Shown: piece by piece, positions 42,001 to 56,824 of the stretch
Position numbering within the stretch: the first letter of the stretch is position 1
Layout: every line of letters begins with the position of its first letter
From: Octopus sinensis
Taxonomy: Eukaryota
Direction: 5' to 3'
NCBI RefSeq assembly: GCF_006345805.1
Contig: NC_043003.1
Location: forward strand, 20,212,001 to 20,276,000
Length of the DNA stretch: 64,000 nt
The notes under the pieces: model-generated
Told to the model about the DNA's origin: nothing
What the model saw: the letters and a program-made list of their open reading frames with translations, nothing else
Database searches by the model: none
Position numbers and translations under genes: made by a program

Positions 42001-42198
42001 CAAACTGATAAATATTGTAGGTGTGTTTATGTGTAAATAAGAATAAGTGCCTACAAGTGTATAACTATATAATATATTAATATGCTTGTTTGGTGTATGG
42101 CTGCCTGTGTGCTTGCATATAACATACGTATTCGAATTAATCTTAGACGTATTTTTGAAATAGGCATTTTTGACATGAAGAAGAAGGGAAATTCATAA

Positions 42199-42269
<71 letters not shown>

Positions 42270-42585
42270 CACAGAGATGTGTGTGTATACATACATGCAT
42301 ACATACATACATATACATACATACATATATATATATATATAATATATGAATGTATGTCTTTTTTTTTCTCCATACACACACACTCACACACACACACACA
42401 CATATATGTATGTATGTGTATGGAGAAACGATATACATACACACATATACATACACACACAAACACAAACGGGCACATACACACACACATATGTATGTTG
42501 TATGTATGTATATATGTATATATATATATATATTTATACACACACAAACACACAGACATAGAAACACACACACACATACACACAT

Positions 42586-42617
<32 letters not shown>

Positions 42618-43147
42618 GAAACGACTATTATGCTCCTTTTGTCGTTTACACATTTGTAATCTTTCAGAAAACTGCAGTATTAGTTTAAATTGATTTCAAA
42701 CGTCGTGTTCAGAAATATTTGATTTCTGTTTTTTTTCTGTTTCAATGCCTATAAATGGACTAATGCAATGGAAAATTGCGTTTGTTTGCTTGTTTGTTAT
42801 ATATTGTTTTTAGCAAGACATAAATATACGAGTAATATTACTTATAGTGATAGGCATGTAAATTTATGTCTTCTTGTTAAAGACATAAAATTTAGTCCTA
42901 GATATGTAATGACCCGGAAAAAGGCGGGATTGAAGGTGGGTGAGAGGTCTCTAATCATAGGCCGGCTTAGTCATGTCTTAGCTTGAACTGAGAAACTAAT
43001 ATAATAACACACAATTATTAATGTACACACATACACACACACATACACATACTTTCATGCGCATGCTGTTGCTCAGCTTGCAATGCCTTAATATATTTGT
43101 AATTATTTGTGTGATTCTTGCCGGGTCAAGGCACTTTAGAAGCATGT

Positions 43148-43377
43148 GATCTTGGGTTCAGTCCCGTTGCGCGGCATCTCGAACGTATGTCTTCTACTGT
43201 AGCCCCAGGCCGACCAATACCTTGTGAGCGAATATGAGAAACGGAAACCGTGTGGAAGCTCTGTATATGTTTACATATATATATATATATATATACATGT
43301 GTGTGTGTGTATGTATGTATGTGTGTTTGTGTGAATGTGTGTGTGTGTGTGTGTGTGTATGTACGTACACATATATG

Positions 43378-43439
<62 letters not shown>

Positions 43440-43575
43440 CGGTTCGGCAAAAGAGACCGATAGAATAAGTACTGGCTTACAAAAGAATAAGTTCCGGGGT
43501 CGAGTTGCTCGATTGAAGGCGGTGTGCTCAGCATGGCCGCAGTCAAATGACTGAAACAAGTAAAAGAGAAAAAAA
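43148..43575 (+). mobile_element. SINE family A
   Basis: Same body and tail as the 55.8 kb copy. Confidence 0.82.
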
Positions 43576-44730
43576 GAGAAAGAGAAATATATGATGAAGG
43601 AGACGTTCTCTGAAAATGAATTTGAAGATTAATTTTTTACTCGAAAGAATGAACCCCTGAAACGGCCATAGGAATATTTTCTTTTAATATATAACCTAAA
43701 ATATCTTTTTGACGCCTATTATTTTCTCTTCACTATTTTTCTTAAAAAAAGACATTTTTATCTACAATCCTACACATCATCTTTCAACTACAGTAGTGGT
43801 TAATAATCTTAAGGTCGCAATATACTCACACACAGCATCTTTCAGCGCTTGTCACCAATTCAGTTCGTAACCAAATTGAAAATCGTTAACATTTTTGAAG
43901 AGGACCGGGCTCTAGCGGCATTTTGGCACAAAAATTGAGATTTGATCCAGTAGAACAAGGTTTATATCAAAATTTGTAGCAACGTAATAGGAGATTAAGT
44001 AACGCCACCAGTCAAGTTTAAATAAAGATCTAAATAACTTTTTTTTATATTTTAAAATCAAAATATATTTATGTTAGTTTCAGTGATAGGAGAAAACATG
44101 AGGAATTTCATAGTTTTGGTCCCATGCGATAAAAATTTGAATCAAAAAAGTTGTGAGGTAAATTATCATGTAGAAAATGTAAGGCAAAAAATTGGATTTA
44201 ACTATAATCAACTATTTTTTATTTTAAAAATAAACTATATTTTAATTAAGCTTAAATGATAGAGCTCAATTCGAGGAATTTCATAGTATCAATCTCATGC
44301 AATGAAGTTTTAAAAGAAAATAAAAGTTATGAGTGTTTGTTTCTGGAATTTGAGGGTGATAATATAGTTCTATACATCTTTATGAATATAAGTTCTATAA
44401 GGAGACTTTTAATATATGTCACCGGCGTCATTGAGGTAAGGAATAAAATTATCAACGACACCGCTAATTGACGTATTTGATACATTATTAATTAGCATAA
44501 TAGCATTGCCTGGAAAAAACATGGATTACATAGAGAAATGCGACCAAGAGAAATAATATTCTTAAGATTGTAAACCTGGAAAATTACAGAACAGGTTATT
44601 ACACTTGGAAAACTTCAGGACAATTTATTACGTCTGGTAAAGTACAGAACAAGAACATTTTTTTCTTAAAATATTGCAGCTAAGAATAAAATTTCAAATA
44701 AAATAGTTTAAGTTAGAAAATATTTTTTGT

Positions 44731-45418
44731 TCCTTCTCGAGCCATGCCTGGCTCATAAGGGTCGGGGATCTTTTCGGTTTGAACGGCAGTTTTTAAAAAT
44801 AATTTCCACGTATCTAAACACTTTAAACTTCGTATGTTGGTAGAATGTGTTTATAAAACACCTTTTTCTCTTGGCTTTATTGAGAAAATTCTATAGTTTG
44901 TAAGATATTTGTTGTTTTTTCTTCAATTTCTGCAATTTCAACCAATCAATGACGTCTATCGAGGTGAAAACATTCTGTGCTGTATGTCCCTCGTTTAAGA
45001 AACAGATTGGGTTTATTTACATTTCTGAAGAAAAAAAGATACCCTTCCCCCACCCCTAACCCTAACCCTAAAACAGATTGAAATGCAATAGATCGATACT
45101 AGGGCCATAATTATGGGTGACAATTTCATATGACACCGCTAGAAAAAACTGCCGTTCAAACCGAAAAGATCTAGGGCCTGTTCCCGGTTTCCTTGGCGTA
45201 TAGGTTCCCCATCTGGACGGGACGCCGGTCCATCGCAGGCGAGCAGCAAGAGAGAGTGAGAGAAAGTTGTGGCGATAAAGTCAGCAGAAATTCGCCATTA
45301 CCTTCTGCTGGAGCCGCGTGGAGCTTAGGTGTTTCGCTCATAAACACACACATCGCCCGGTCTGAGATTCGAAGCCGCGATCGCTCTGCTCTTACCATTA
45401 GGCCATGTGCCTCCACTA
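44731..45418 (-). mobile_element. SINE family C (tail type 2), interrupted by a MITE
   Basis: Same head type; tail CCTGCGATGGACCGGCGTCCCGTCCAG...CTTATGAGCCAGGCATGGCTCGAG. Confidence 0.75.
44767..45171. mobile_element. MITE with 28-bp perfect TIRs inserted into a SINE; carries (CCCTAA)3 at 45054-45071
   Basis: GATCTTTTCGGTTTGAACGGCAGTTTTT ... AAAAACTGCCGTTCAAACCGAAAAGATC. Confidence 0.88.
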
Positions 45419-45960
45419 GAAAAACATTAGCTTATATTAAAACTAAACATTTCATTACAAGTTATTACTTTTATTTGTTATTACTAATTACTTCTATTAA
45501 AAATTAAAAACAACTCAAAATATTTTTTGCACTTTAAAAAAGTCCATTTTAAAAATTATTTATTAATAATTAAAAATTTGAAAATAGGTTATAAAAATAA
45601 TAGTTGTACATAATTAGTTAGTACAATAAATAGAATGATAGAAAAATTAGTTATTTATTACAGCAAAATCTACCTATAACAAGAATAAAATTTGCTTGAG
45701 TTATTGCCAAATCTTCGCAATTTTAGCCTTGACTCAATGCGTATTTTTTACATAATGAATTTGCCTACCATATATACTATTCTATTTAGAATAAAACTTT
45801 AGCTATATTGGTACTTCTGGGTCTGATTTTTAAAGTATTCTAGTGTGTCAATAGTTTACCAAAATGATGGTACCTTGTTTTAATTATAATATTACTTTGT
45901 AAATTAAAATCAAAAAATTTTTAATGTTCAAATTCTATGCTTAGCTGCAATATTTTAGTC

Positions 45961-46205
45961 ACGGGGACGTAAACATACCAACATCGGTTGTCAAGCGACA
46001 TTGAGAGACACACAAATAAATACATACATACATACATATATATATACGACGGGGTTCTTTCAGTTTCCGTCTATCAAATCCACTCACAAGGTCTTAGTCG
46101 GCCTGAGGGTATAGTAGAAGACACTCGCCCAAGCTACCACGTAGTGAGACTGAACCCGGAACCATGTGGTTGGGAAGCAGCTTCTTATCACACAGCACGC
46201 CTGCA
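45961..46205 (-). mobile_element. SINE family A, 5' half
   Basis: GAACCCGGAACCATGTGGTTGGGAAGC head on the minus strand. Confidence 0.78.
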
Positions 46206-46225
46206 CATATATATGTATTATATAT

Positions 46226-46294
<69 letters not shown>

Positions 46295-47148
46295 TATATA
46301 TATATATATATATGGATATATATATAAATATATGTATATACATATATACACATATACACATACATATATACATATTCATACATATATGAATACATGTATG
46401 AATACATATATATGTATACATATGTGTGTATGTGGGTGTATGTGTGTATGTGTGTAAAACTCTAGTGAGCGACAAATACCTGCTTTAGCAGAAATCAGAT
46501 TTCCTCTTGAAATCTCAATTTTTATGTGAGCATTTACCTACAAACTGCTTGAGGGTGTTGTTGATGTCGATGTACAAACCGCTCTCTTTATATGATTTAA
46601 ACTATACAATGTCAATTCTACACATATAACTGTTTGGCTTTGCTTACTTTACTAATAACGGAAAGTATGAAGATGCAAGACTATGTCAATGCTTACTGAT
46701 ATGAAACGATAAAATTTAATCATTCGCCAGTTTGAATAGCACAATTTTCGAACTTGCCATTAAACTAATTTTCTATAAAACAAATTATATTAAAACATTT
46801 GAAATATTAGCTTTGAAAATATTGCTTCTACCACTTACGACTCCTCAAGGTCAATGACACAACGTATCGAATTATGCATTATAGATTTGTATGGCCATAA
46901 TTATCGTCTGCATTATATTTATTTGCTAAGTAGAAACACTATATTCAATTATTTAGAAATATATGTTGTTTGCGATACACACACACACACACACACACAC
47001 ACAGACTATTTTGTTGGACTCCGGGCTAGGGATTAAATATGCTAACACGTTGAGTTATTCATTCTAATTATTGTAATTAGATTTTTATGAAAATGTTGCT
47101 CTAAGACACAGTGCTGCGCATGCGTTTGCTTATACACATGTATAATAT

Positions 47149-47238
<90 letters not shown>

Positions 47239-47279
47239 GTGTGTGTGTGTGTGTGGTGTGTGGTGTGTGTGTATAGGTA

Positions 47280-47470
47280 ATCCCAATATGAACAAGCAAG
47301 AAAAACTACAACGCGAGGACCTGGAATAAGTGCAGTGTTATTGAACGCTCAGGAAAGGAAAGAAAGAAAGAGGATTACACGTTTCGAGTGGAGCTCTTCA
47401 TGAGAAATATAGAAAAAGTCCAAAGAATGGAAGACGGAGCCAAGAAAAATGTCAACGATACACACGAAAT
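47280..47470 (-). mobile_element. Probable Penelope-like pseudo-LTR fragment with a mutated hammerhead core at 47372-47408
   Basis: Minus strand reads ATTT-CTCATGA-AGAGCTCCACTC-GAAA-CGTG-TA-ATCC; the core differs from CTGATGA at one base. Confidence 0.4.
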
Positions 47471-47728
47471 CACATATTGTAATATATGTATGTATATATA
47501 TATATATATATATATATTATGTAGGATAACATTTTTTTCGAGAAAAAAAAATTATCAATGGCCAGCATATAAAAAATACCTTTAAGGTTAAATTTATATA
47601 TATATATAGATATATATATATATATTATATATATATATAATATATATTATATATTTATATATATATAGATATGTAGAATATATGTATGTATATATTATAT
47701 ACGTTATATATATATACGTATAATATAT

Positions 47729-47775
<47 letters not shown>

Positions 47776-47856
47776 TGTATATATATATGCATGTATGTAT
47801 ATGTATGTAAATGTAATATGTATATGCATGTATATGTAATATGTATGTATCTATTC

Positions 47857-47904
<48 letters not shown>

Positions 47905-48229
47905 CATAATACACATAAATACACGCATACATACAAATATATCTGTATAAACACACAATGCACTATTCCTTGGGCAACACGTTCATTGAAGCATGATTAG
48001 ACAACCCAGAATAAAGAACTCAACTTGGTGGAATATTTGATCGATGACCCTGAGCCCAAGAAAATATATTGCTTCTCCCGTCCCTAAGTCACTCAACAAC
48101 TGCTCCTGCCGAGCTTACGTCAACGGGATAATCTCTTGGATTTACGGTTATCAATTAAACTTGCCAACTTGTACACATATATACATAAATACATACATAC
48201 ATTTATACACACACGCCACACACACACAC

Positions 48230-48308
<79 letters not shown>

Positions 48309-49136
48309 GTATATATAAGTGTATGTGTATATGTAAATATACACATACATACGTGCCGATTTTTAAAGGAAAGAAGAAAGGTCAATAAATACTTGCCATT
48401 ACATTTTTAATCAACTAAATATGAACCATTTTGTTGCGCAATCATTCCTTTAACATGAAAGTACCTTCTTCCCAGAACTGAGGTGCTGGGAGGGTAAGTC
48501 GAAAGGTAAGCTACTATATATCGGCACGAACTTTCCGGACAACCCAATACATATGCTTCCATGTACGGGAAGAACATGTGCCTGTAAGGAATTCACATTT
48601 ATAAGAATATGTATTGGCTTATTAAAATACCCGTAATACATGAACAATACACACACACACACACATAGAAATACACATGTATGTGTGTGTGAATGTGTAT
48701 TTATATATTCGTGCATGTATGTGTGTGTGTGTGTGTGTAGCATCATAAACATGCCTCAAGACATCTATAGAAGTAGTTTATAAACAGATCTCTAGTTTAC
48801 TATAAAACCATTTCAATAATACTAAAGATTCGCTGAAACGAAATCAGTGTTCGTTATTAGCAGAAGCGGAAGGCAAATTCCTGTTTTTGCCCTGTAGCAT
48901 TTTGATCTTTGATCGCTAGGACTACCATGTTGAATTCATTCTTTACTTTTATTCTTGGAAACCTTTCCCTCAGGGTTGATCGAAGAATCCGATTGCCATT
49001 GGACACTATCGTATGTGGAACTATAAACCTCTCAAACAATATTCAATTTGTTCAGATTATAATCACTATGTATCTTAAAGCCATATTTTTTGAAATAATA
49101 ATTATTATTATTAGTAGTTAGGATTATTATTATCAT

Positions 49137-50361
49137 TCAGTAGTTTTATTTTTACGACGTGCTTTCATTTCACTACCAAGCGCAGGTCTGTGTGCCTTGG
49201 GTATGTGCTGTGATTTGTTGTGATGCTCTGATGGTTACTGTATTGAAAGTGTTTTGCGTAGGATGTGTGCAGTGCCTAGTAGTGCAATTTTCTGTATTTT
49301 ATATGTGTTTGTAAGTCCTGGTGTTTTTGTTATGTATTTGTCTGAATATTTTTTTATCATGCCTAATGCACCTTCTATGATAGGAATTGTTTCTGTTTTT
49401 AGATTCCACATTCTAGTTACCTCTATTTCCAGGTCTTTGTATTTTGAGAATTTCTCCATTTCTTTTAGAGACACGTTGTCATCTGCTGGTATTGATACAT
49501 CAATTAGAAAGCATTTTTCTCTTCATGATCTCTGACAACTATATCTGGTCTGTTGGCCTTAATTTCTCTATCTGGTGTATTGGCATATCCCAGAGTATGG
49601 TTGCTTACTCGTTTTCTGTGACCTTTCTGGTGTGTGCCTACACCATCTTGTTCTGTTGTTATTCCATAATGTTGGCATAGCTTCCAGTGTATGTAGGTCC
49701 CAGCTCTGTCGTGTCTGTGAATATATTCCTTCTTAGCCAGGACTGGGCAGCCAGAGATAATATGATTTATTGTTTCTTGTCCATCTCCACATATTCTGCA
49801 GTTACTTGTTATATTTCTTTTCATTACATGTTTTTGGTAATTTCTGGTGGGGAGGCTTTGGTCTTGTTCTGCAATTAAAAATCCCTCTGTCTCTGCTTTG
49901 AGTCCTGAGCTTCTCAACCATTGCTGGGATTTTTCTTTGTCTCTTTCTTTTGCATTTAGTTTAGTCCAGTACTTGAAGGAGCTTTTCTTGCCATCGTTTT
50001 ATCATGGTCCGTTGCTGTTCTAGTTTTGGTTTTGATTTCATTTGCTTTATAGCTTTTGTTGTGTTTTCTTCTTCTTCTTCTTCTTCTTCTTCTTCTTCTT
50101 CTTCTTCTTCTTCTTCTTCTTCTTTGAGGATCCATGTGTGGGGGATGCTATCAAACGCCTTTCTGTAGTCGATCCAGACCATACTGAGGCCTTTCTTCTT
50201 TCTGTGGCTGTCTTCAGTTATGGCTTTATTGATCATTAATTGATCTTTACAGCCATATGAGCCTTTGCGGCACCCTTTCTGCTCTTCTGGAAACAGGTCG
50301 TTTTCGTCCAGGTGCTTGCTCAATCTTTGTGATATTATTGCAGTGAATGCTTTGTACATTG

Positions 50362-50363
<2 letters not shown>
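49137..50363 (-). mobile_element. R4/Dong-type family 1, longest copy: RT fragment, internal deletion, CCHC finger and RLE endonuclease
   Basis: EQKGCRKGSYGCKDQL...WIDYRKAFDSIPH (RT); CRICGDGQETINHIISGC, RHD and NRPDIV (zinc knuckle and PD-(D/E)xK nuclease). Confidence 0.88.
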
Positions 50364-50426
<63 letters not shown>

Positions 50427-50428
<2 letters not shown>

Positions 50429-50512
50429 GGTAGTCTTATTTCTATCACGTGCTTTCACTGCACTACTGAGCGCAGCTCTGTATGCATTGGGTATGTGCTG
50501 TGGTTTGTTGTG
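50427..50512 (-). mobile_element. R4/Dong family 1, 3'-terminal scrap
   Basis: Matches the 3' UTR end of the other copies and abuts (TAT)n. Confidence 0.7.
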
Positions 50513-50742
50513 TTTTTATATTCACTTTATTGAAAGTGCTTTTCACTGTATGGTAAGTACTTATTATAACCATGTCCCTTCTTTTCCAGTGTATACCGTG
50601 TATACATTATTTTTATATTAAAAAAAAATTTAACGTCATTATTATGTGTAAATCCCCACATTTTATGTCTGTCTCTGTACTGTGCCCCTCATCCTTTCGC
50701 CCTTGTGGCAAATAAATGAAATCATCATCATCATCATCATCA

Positions 50743-50796
<54 letters not shown>

Positions 50797-50798
<2 letters not shown>

Positions 50799-51112
50799 GA
50801 GTGATAGTGCATTGCATGCCATCAAAGTGACACTGGGGTACAAATATATGAAGCCCAGTATACCCATCATGACTACTCGTCTGATAAGGGTACACCAGTC
50901 ACATGCATCACAGCCATATGTGTGCGACATGGTGATCCCATATCAAGATAAACAGCGCATGACCTTGCAGATGGGACCCAGTTAGAATTTTCTTCAGGTC
51001 GAGTAGCTCATCCCGCTTAAAAGGATGTTGAACAAAACACCCATGTTTCCAAAGGGGAATTATGCAAAGCCCAAAGAATTCCTCTCAAAACATGGCTATG
51101 ATGCTCCCCCAC

Positions 51113-51113
<1 letters not shown>
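50797..51113 (-). mobile_element. Family 3 retroposon, truncated copy with a small internal deletion
   Basis: Aligns to 39675-40015; (TAT)n flanks. Confidence 0.75.
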
Positions 51114-51404
<291 letters not shown>

Positions 51405-51429
51405 GTTAACCCTGCAATCTAGAAGAAAC

Positions 51430-51810
51430 GTTAGCACGCCGGGCAAAATTCTTAGTAACATTTCATCCGTTTTTATGCTCTGAGTTCAAATTCTGCCAAG
51501 GTAAACGTTGCCTTTCATCCTTTCGGGGTCGATAAATTAAGTACCAACGTTACAGTCGATCTAATCGACTTACTTCTCCCCCTAACTATTGTTATTAATA
51601 TTAATGCGGTGAGCTGGCAGAATTGTTATCACTCGGAGTAAAAATATATGGCGGCATTTCGTCCGTCTTTCTTTCTGATTTTAAAAATTTGACGTAGTCG
51701 ATTTTGCCTCCAATCCTTTCGTGTTCGATAAATTAAGTACCATTTGAGCACTGGAGTCGATGTAATCGACTTCTCCGCTATTAAAATTACTGGCGTTATG
51801 CCAAAAAAAT
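51430..51810 (+). mobile_element. Two tandem SINE family B copies
   Basis: Heads at ~51430 and ~51606. Confidence 0.72.
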
Positions 51811-52183
51811 TTCATCATCATCATCATCATCATTATCATCTTCTTCTTCTTCTTCTTCTTCTTCTTCTTCTTCTTCTTCTTCTTCTTCTTCTTCTTCTTC
51901 TTCTTCTTCTTCTTCTTCTTCTTCTTCTTCTTCTTCAGTCAGGTAGAGTCATGTAACTTGCCGAGAGAAAATGAAACCCAAACCCAAGTAACAAAATATG
52001 AACCCAGATTTGCGTAAGACAAAAAGGAAAAAGAAATCAATATTGATTTTCCAATTTTAGTTAGAAGTAGGGTAGAAAAGGTAACTGGATGCACCTGAAA
52101 CCGGCATATTATTGGCAATGTATTCAGAAGAATTTTGAATTGATAATTTTGAGAAGACGAAACACGTATTTTATATTTACGTA

Positions 52184-52262
<79 letters not shown>

Positions 52263-52351
52263 CATCCGTCTGCTCGTCCAACCATCCATCTATTTATGTG
52301 TCTGTATCTCCCTGTCAGTCTATTCATCCATGACTGTATCATTTTATTTAC

Positions 52352-52419
<68 letters not shown>

Positions 52420-53139
52420 TAACCTATCTATCTTTTTTATCTATCTATACAACTATATAGAAAGATAAATCGATCGATCTACCTCCTTCCATTCTCAGCT
52501 ATTTTCTCTTATCAGTTGCAGCTGGATTGGAGACGATATTTCAGAAAATTTGGCATCTTATTTAGAATGATGTACTGCATATGAAAGAAATGCTAATTAA
52601 AAAGCTAACGCATTTTAATTAGTTAAAATATCACTCTTAGTAATGAGAAGAATAAATGATAAATTCTTGTTATGAAATAGGAAGAGAAAACCCGCGAGAT
52701 TGCGATTAATTAAAATAATTGAATATGGCGTACGTTGAGGTGTGAGCTCGGTTTTTAACAATACAAGTCTGAAAATGTTTCCGTTTCATTAGACCTTCTC
52801 AGTGAAGTAAAATCTAAATTTTAATGTTAGATGTTATGTGACTAGGCAAACAAAAACTCACAAACATACGTGCCCGCGTGTATGTAGATATGTTCCTGGT
52901 CATTTCGTCATTGATGAAACCACTAGGGCTTTAGAAATATCAACAAGTTTGTCTGTCTGTCCGTCTGTCTATCCGTCCGTCCGTCTGTCCGTCTGTCTGT
53001 CCGTCCGTCCGTCTGTCCGTCTGTCCGTCCGTCCGTTTGTCTGTCCGTCCGTCCGTCCGTCCGTCTGTTCGTCCGTCCGTCCGTCCGTCCGTTTGTTTGT
53101 CCGTCCGTCCGTCCGTCCGTCTGTCCGTCCGTCTGTCTT

Positions 53140-53177
<38 letters not shown>

Positions 53178-53188
53178 CGTCTGTCTGC

Positions 53189-53252
<64 letters not shown>

Positions 53253-54085
53253 ATATATATACATAGATAGATAGATTGAGAATGAAAGAGAGGCAAGCAA
53301 ACAGATGATGGATTATAGTGTACTAGTAATAAGCCTTATCTCTGTAAGGTTTATATTAACGATTGCAAGTGTCTGCGGAATACCCTGCCACTGACACAAT
53401 GATTCAATGTGTAGGCTGCTGAGTAGATCGAACTATTGGAATGCTCATCGCCGAGAGCGACGGAACGTTTAATTAAAATACTGTGGTCCTTCAATCTCGC
53501 ACTGAATGGAAGAGATTTTTCTCTACACAATGAAGGGAAATATACGTTGTAACATTCGTGTAGTGGCTGGTATATCTTAAAGCTTTTCGCCTTTAACCTT
53601 GGCTAATAGATGCACAGCTTTCATTGACACGAATATATCTCCTGTAAAGTAGCTTCGTGATTTGACTGGCCACGTGATTTGCTTGAACGTTTGATTTCAT
53701 TGGCGTACAGCAGATACTCCTTCAATGCTCAGTCAGCTGTGCGATACACAGATATATTCAGATATAAATCACGTATGGAGACATATACAGGCAGAAAAAC
53801 TTACGTGCATGCATAGATATAGAGAGAGGCATATATGAACGCTTGTGAAAATTCAGTCACTTGCAGAGGCACACGCGCACGCACTCAAACACACACACAT
53901 ACACATACACACTGAAGCAGACTCAAAGATGAATATACATGCATGCCTACGTACTTACATGCACACATATGTAACTTCATACACACTTATAGATACAAAT
54001 ATACATGCATAACGACATGTACAGGCACATCACCACGTGAGCATATACATACACAAATGAGCTACACACACACACACACACACAC

Positions 54086-54126
<41 letters not shown>

Positions 54127-54346
54127 ACACACATATATATATATATACATCTATATATATGTATGTGTGTGTACGTATGTGCGTGTGTGTGTATCTCTAC
54201 ACACACGCACACGCACATATATATACATATATTTATATGTGTGTGTGTGTGTATGTATGTATGAATGTATGTATGTGTATATATATGTATACACACACAC
54301 ACATATATATGCATGCACACAAACACACACACAACATATATACATA

Positions 54347-54395
<49 letters not shown>

Positions 54396-55334
54396 CTACA
54401 TACATATTTATATATATATATGTGCATAGGTGGTGCATATGTGCATAAGTATATACATATAGGTAGAGCCAGATAAATAGATTCATACATACATGCATAC
54501 ACACATACACACGCGTACATACATACATACATACATACATACATACATACATACATACACACATACATACACACAGAAAAATACTACAATAGATTTAAAA
54601 CAAATTCATATATCGAAATCTATAGACTTATATTATCCTACATACAAGCAAAAGACACAAAGAAACACTTTTATCCTTTCACAAAATGTAATGTCTCCTA
54701 GCGATTATCATTTAATCGTATATATATATATCCACTTATACATTCAAGAATATTGAAAGCCATTAGACGATATTTTCACAGAATATTTAAATAACTAACG
54801 GACATCTGTAATATTTTGAAACTTATGTATACCAGAAATATAAGAACGTGTTTGTATATGAATATACACATATTGACAGTCCTACACGCCTAACGCCATC
54901 ATCTGACACCGTCTGTCTATCGGGATATCTGTCTGTTCCTCTCTCTCCACTGTATGTCTGAGTCTCTCTCTCTCTCTCTCTCTCTGCATATATATATATA
55001 TATATATATACACCCACAAATATATACTCGTATATATTATATTTATGCATATGTATGTGCACATGTATATTGCATATGTTACATACATATCATATATATA
55101 TATATATATATATAATATATATATATCTCTATAGTATATATGATATACGTCCGTGTGTGTGTGTGTGTATGAATAAATAAGTATAGACACACACACATAT
55201 GTACATATATTGATACATGCTTAATTACTTGTCTGGTAACATAACTTTAAAGTATATGTTTATAGATACAGAAGTAGTTACTGTCTGTGCGTGTATATAT
55301 ATATATATGTGTGTGTGCGTGTGTGTGTGTGAGT

Positions 55335-55368
<34 letters not shown>

Positions 55369-55775
55369 ACGCGTGTGCTTAAGCGAGTTTCTCTGAATAA
55401 TTTGCAAATATTCTTGCTAATATCGGCAAAGATTAACTTAACTGGGAAGCAAATAGAAATAATAATATCAGATTCATAAGTTATGTATGAAACAGTCCGT
55501 TGACGGACACACACAGACAGACAGACACACACACACACACACACACACACCACACACACACACACGTATATATATTTGAGTGAGTGGACAACCAAAGATG
55601 GCTACTCAACACTTTTGATTAGGGTTATATGTTTTAATAACAATTTTATTAAGTCGTATGGAACCTAATCAAACAGTTTTATACATACACACGTGCACAC
55701 ACACATATATATATAAACATATAAATACATACAAAACATAAATAAAAGAAATATATGTATGTATATACATATAGG

Positions 55776-56185
55776 CGCAGGAGTGGCTATGTGGTAAGTA
55801 TCTTGCTTACCAACCACATGATTTCGGGTTCAGTCCCACTGCGTGGCATCTTGGGCAAGTGTCTTCTGCTATAGCCTCAGGCCGACCAATGTCTTGTGAG
55901 TGGATTTTGTAGAAGGAAGCTGAAAGAAGCCTGTCGTATATATCTATATATATATATATGTATGTGTGTGTATATGTTTGTGTGTCTGTGTTTGTCCCCC
56001 TAGAATTGCTTGACAAACGATGCTGGTGTGTTTACGTCCCCGTCACTTAGCGGTTCGGCAATAGAGACCGATAGAATAAGTACTGAGCTTACAAAGAATA
56101 AGTCCCGGGGTCGTTTTGCTCGACTAAAGACGGTGCTCCAGCATGGCCGCAGTCAAATGACTGAAACAAGTAAAAAAGTAAAGAG
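55776..56185 (+). mobile_element. tRNA-headed SINE family A, full-length
   Basis: Head GTGGCTATGTGGTAAG...GGGTTCAGTCCCAC (A/B-box-like), internal (TA)/(TG) tract, tail CATGGCCGCAGTCAAATGACTGAAACAAGTAAAA. Confidence 0.85.
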
Positions 56186-56345
56186 TATATATGCATATAC
56201 ACATACATATTTGTATATACTTACATATATATGTATATATATATGCATATATGAGTACAGGACGTTACAAAACGTAAACAACATGAAATACGAAGATAAA
56301 CTTTGGTATGCGAACAACGAAAGAAACAACTGGAAAACAAGACAT

Positions 56346-56472
56346 GTATCATAAAGAGCGACCCTTCGTCAGCTGTCGGCTGTTCATCTACTCCAAATTT
56401 CGAACCGTTAATTGCTCGAAATTGGAGTAGATGAACAGCCGACAACTTATGAAGGGTCGCTCTTTATGATAC
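56346..56472. repeat. 58/57-bp inverted repeat with 4 differences and a 12-bp spacer
   Basis: 56346-56403 versus 56416-56472. Confidence 0.93.
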
Positions 56473-56660
56473 TTGCCTTCAGATTCCAAAATATATGCAG
56501 CTGCAATATCAGAAACTCTGAAAAGAGCCATACCCCTGTCATCACTGCAATCGGATATGTCGATCCCTCATTGGCCTTATCAGCCACGAACGGGCGTGCA
56601 AACAATGTTTGACCCTCACAATAGCCTTCCTAATCTTCGTCAACGAAGCTATTCCAAGAC

Positions 56661-56706
<46 letters not shown>

Positions 56707-56824
56707 GCAATTAAGGACAACTACTTAATAAGGAAAACTTAACAAGAAATTGTCAGGTAGATAGCGTAAAAACCTCATAAGAGAAAAAATTTCGAAAATA
56801 ATTATTTCTTATTGAACATATTAA

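Larger units (their letters stand above)
44667..45957. mobile_element. Possible outer TIR element (31-bp imperfect TIRs) hosting the SINE and MITE
   Basis: TAAAATATTGCAGCTAAGAATAAAATTTCAA matches the reverse complement of 45927-45957 at 28 of 31 positions. Confidence 0.55.

Noticed and set aside
45054-45071. (CCCTAA)3 as a chromosome-fusion or telomere scar
   Set aside because: There are only three units and they lie inside a MITE.
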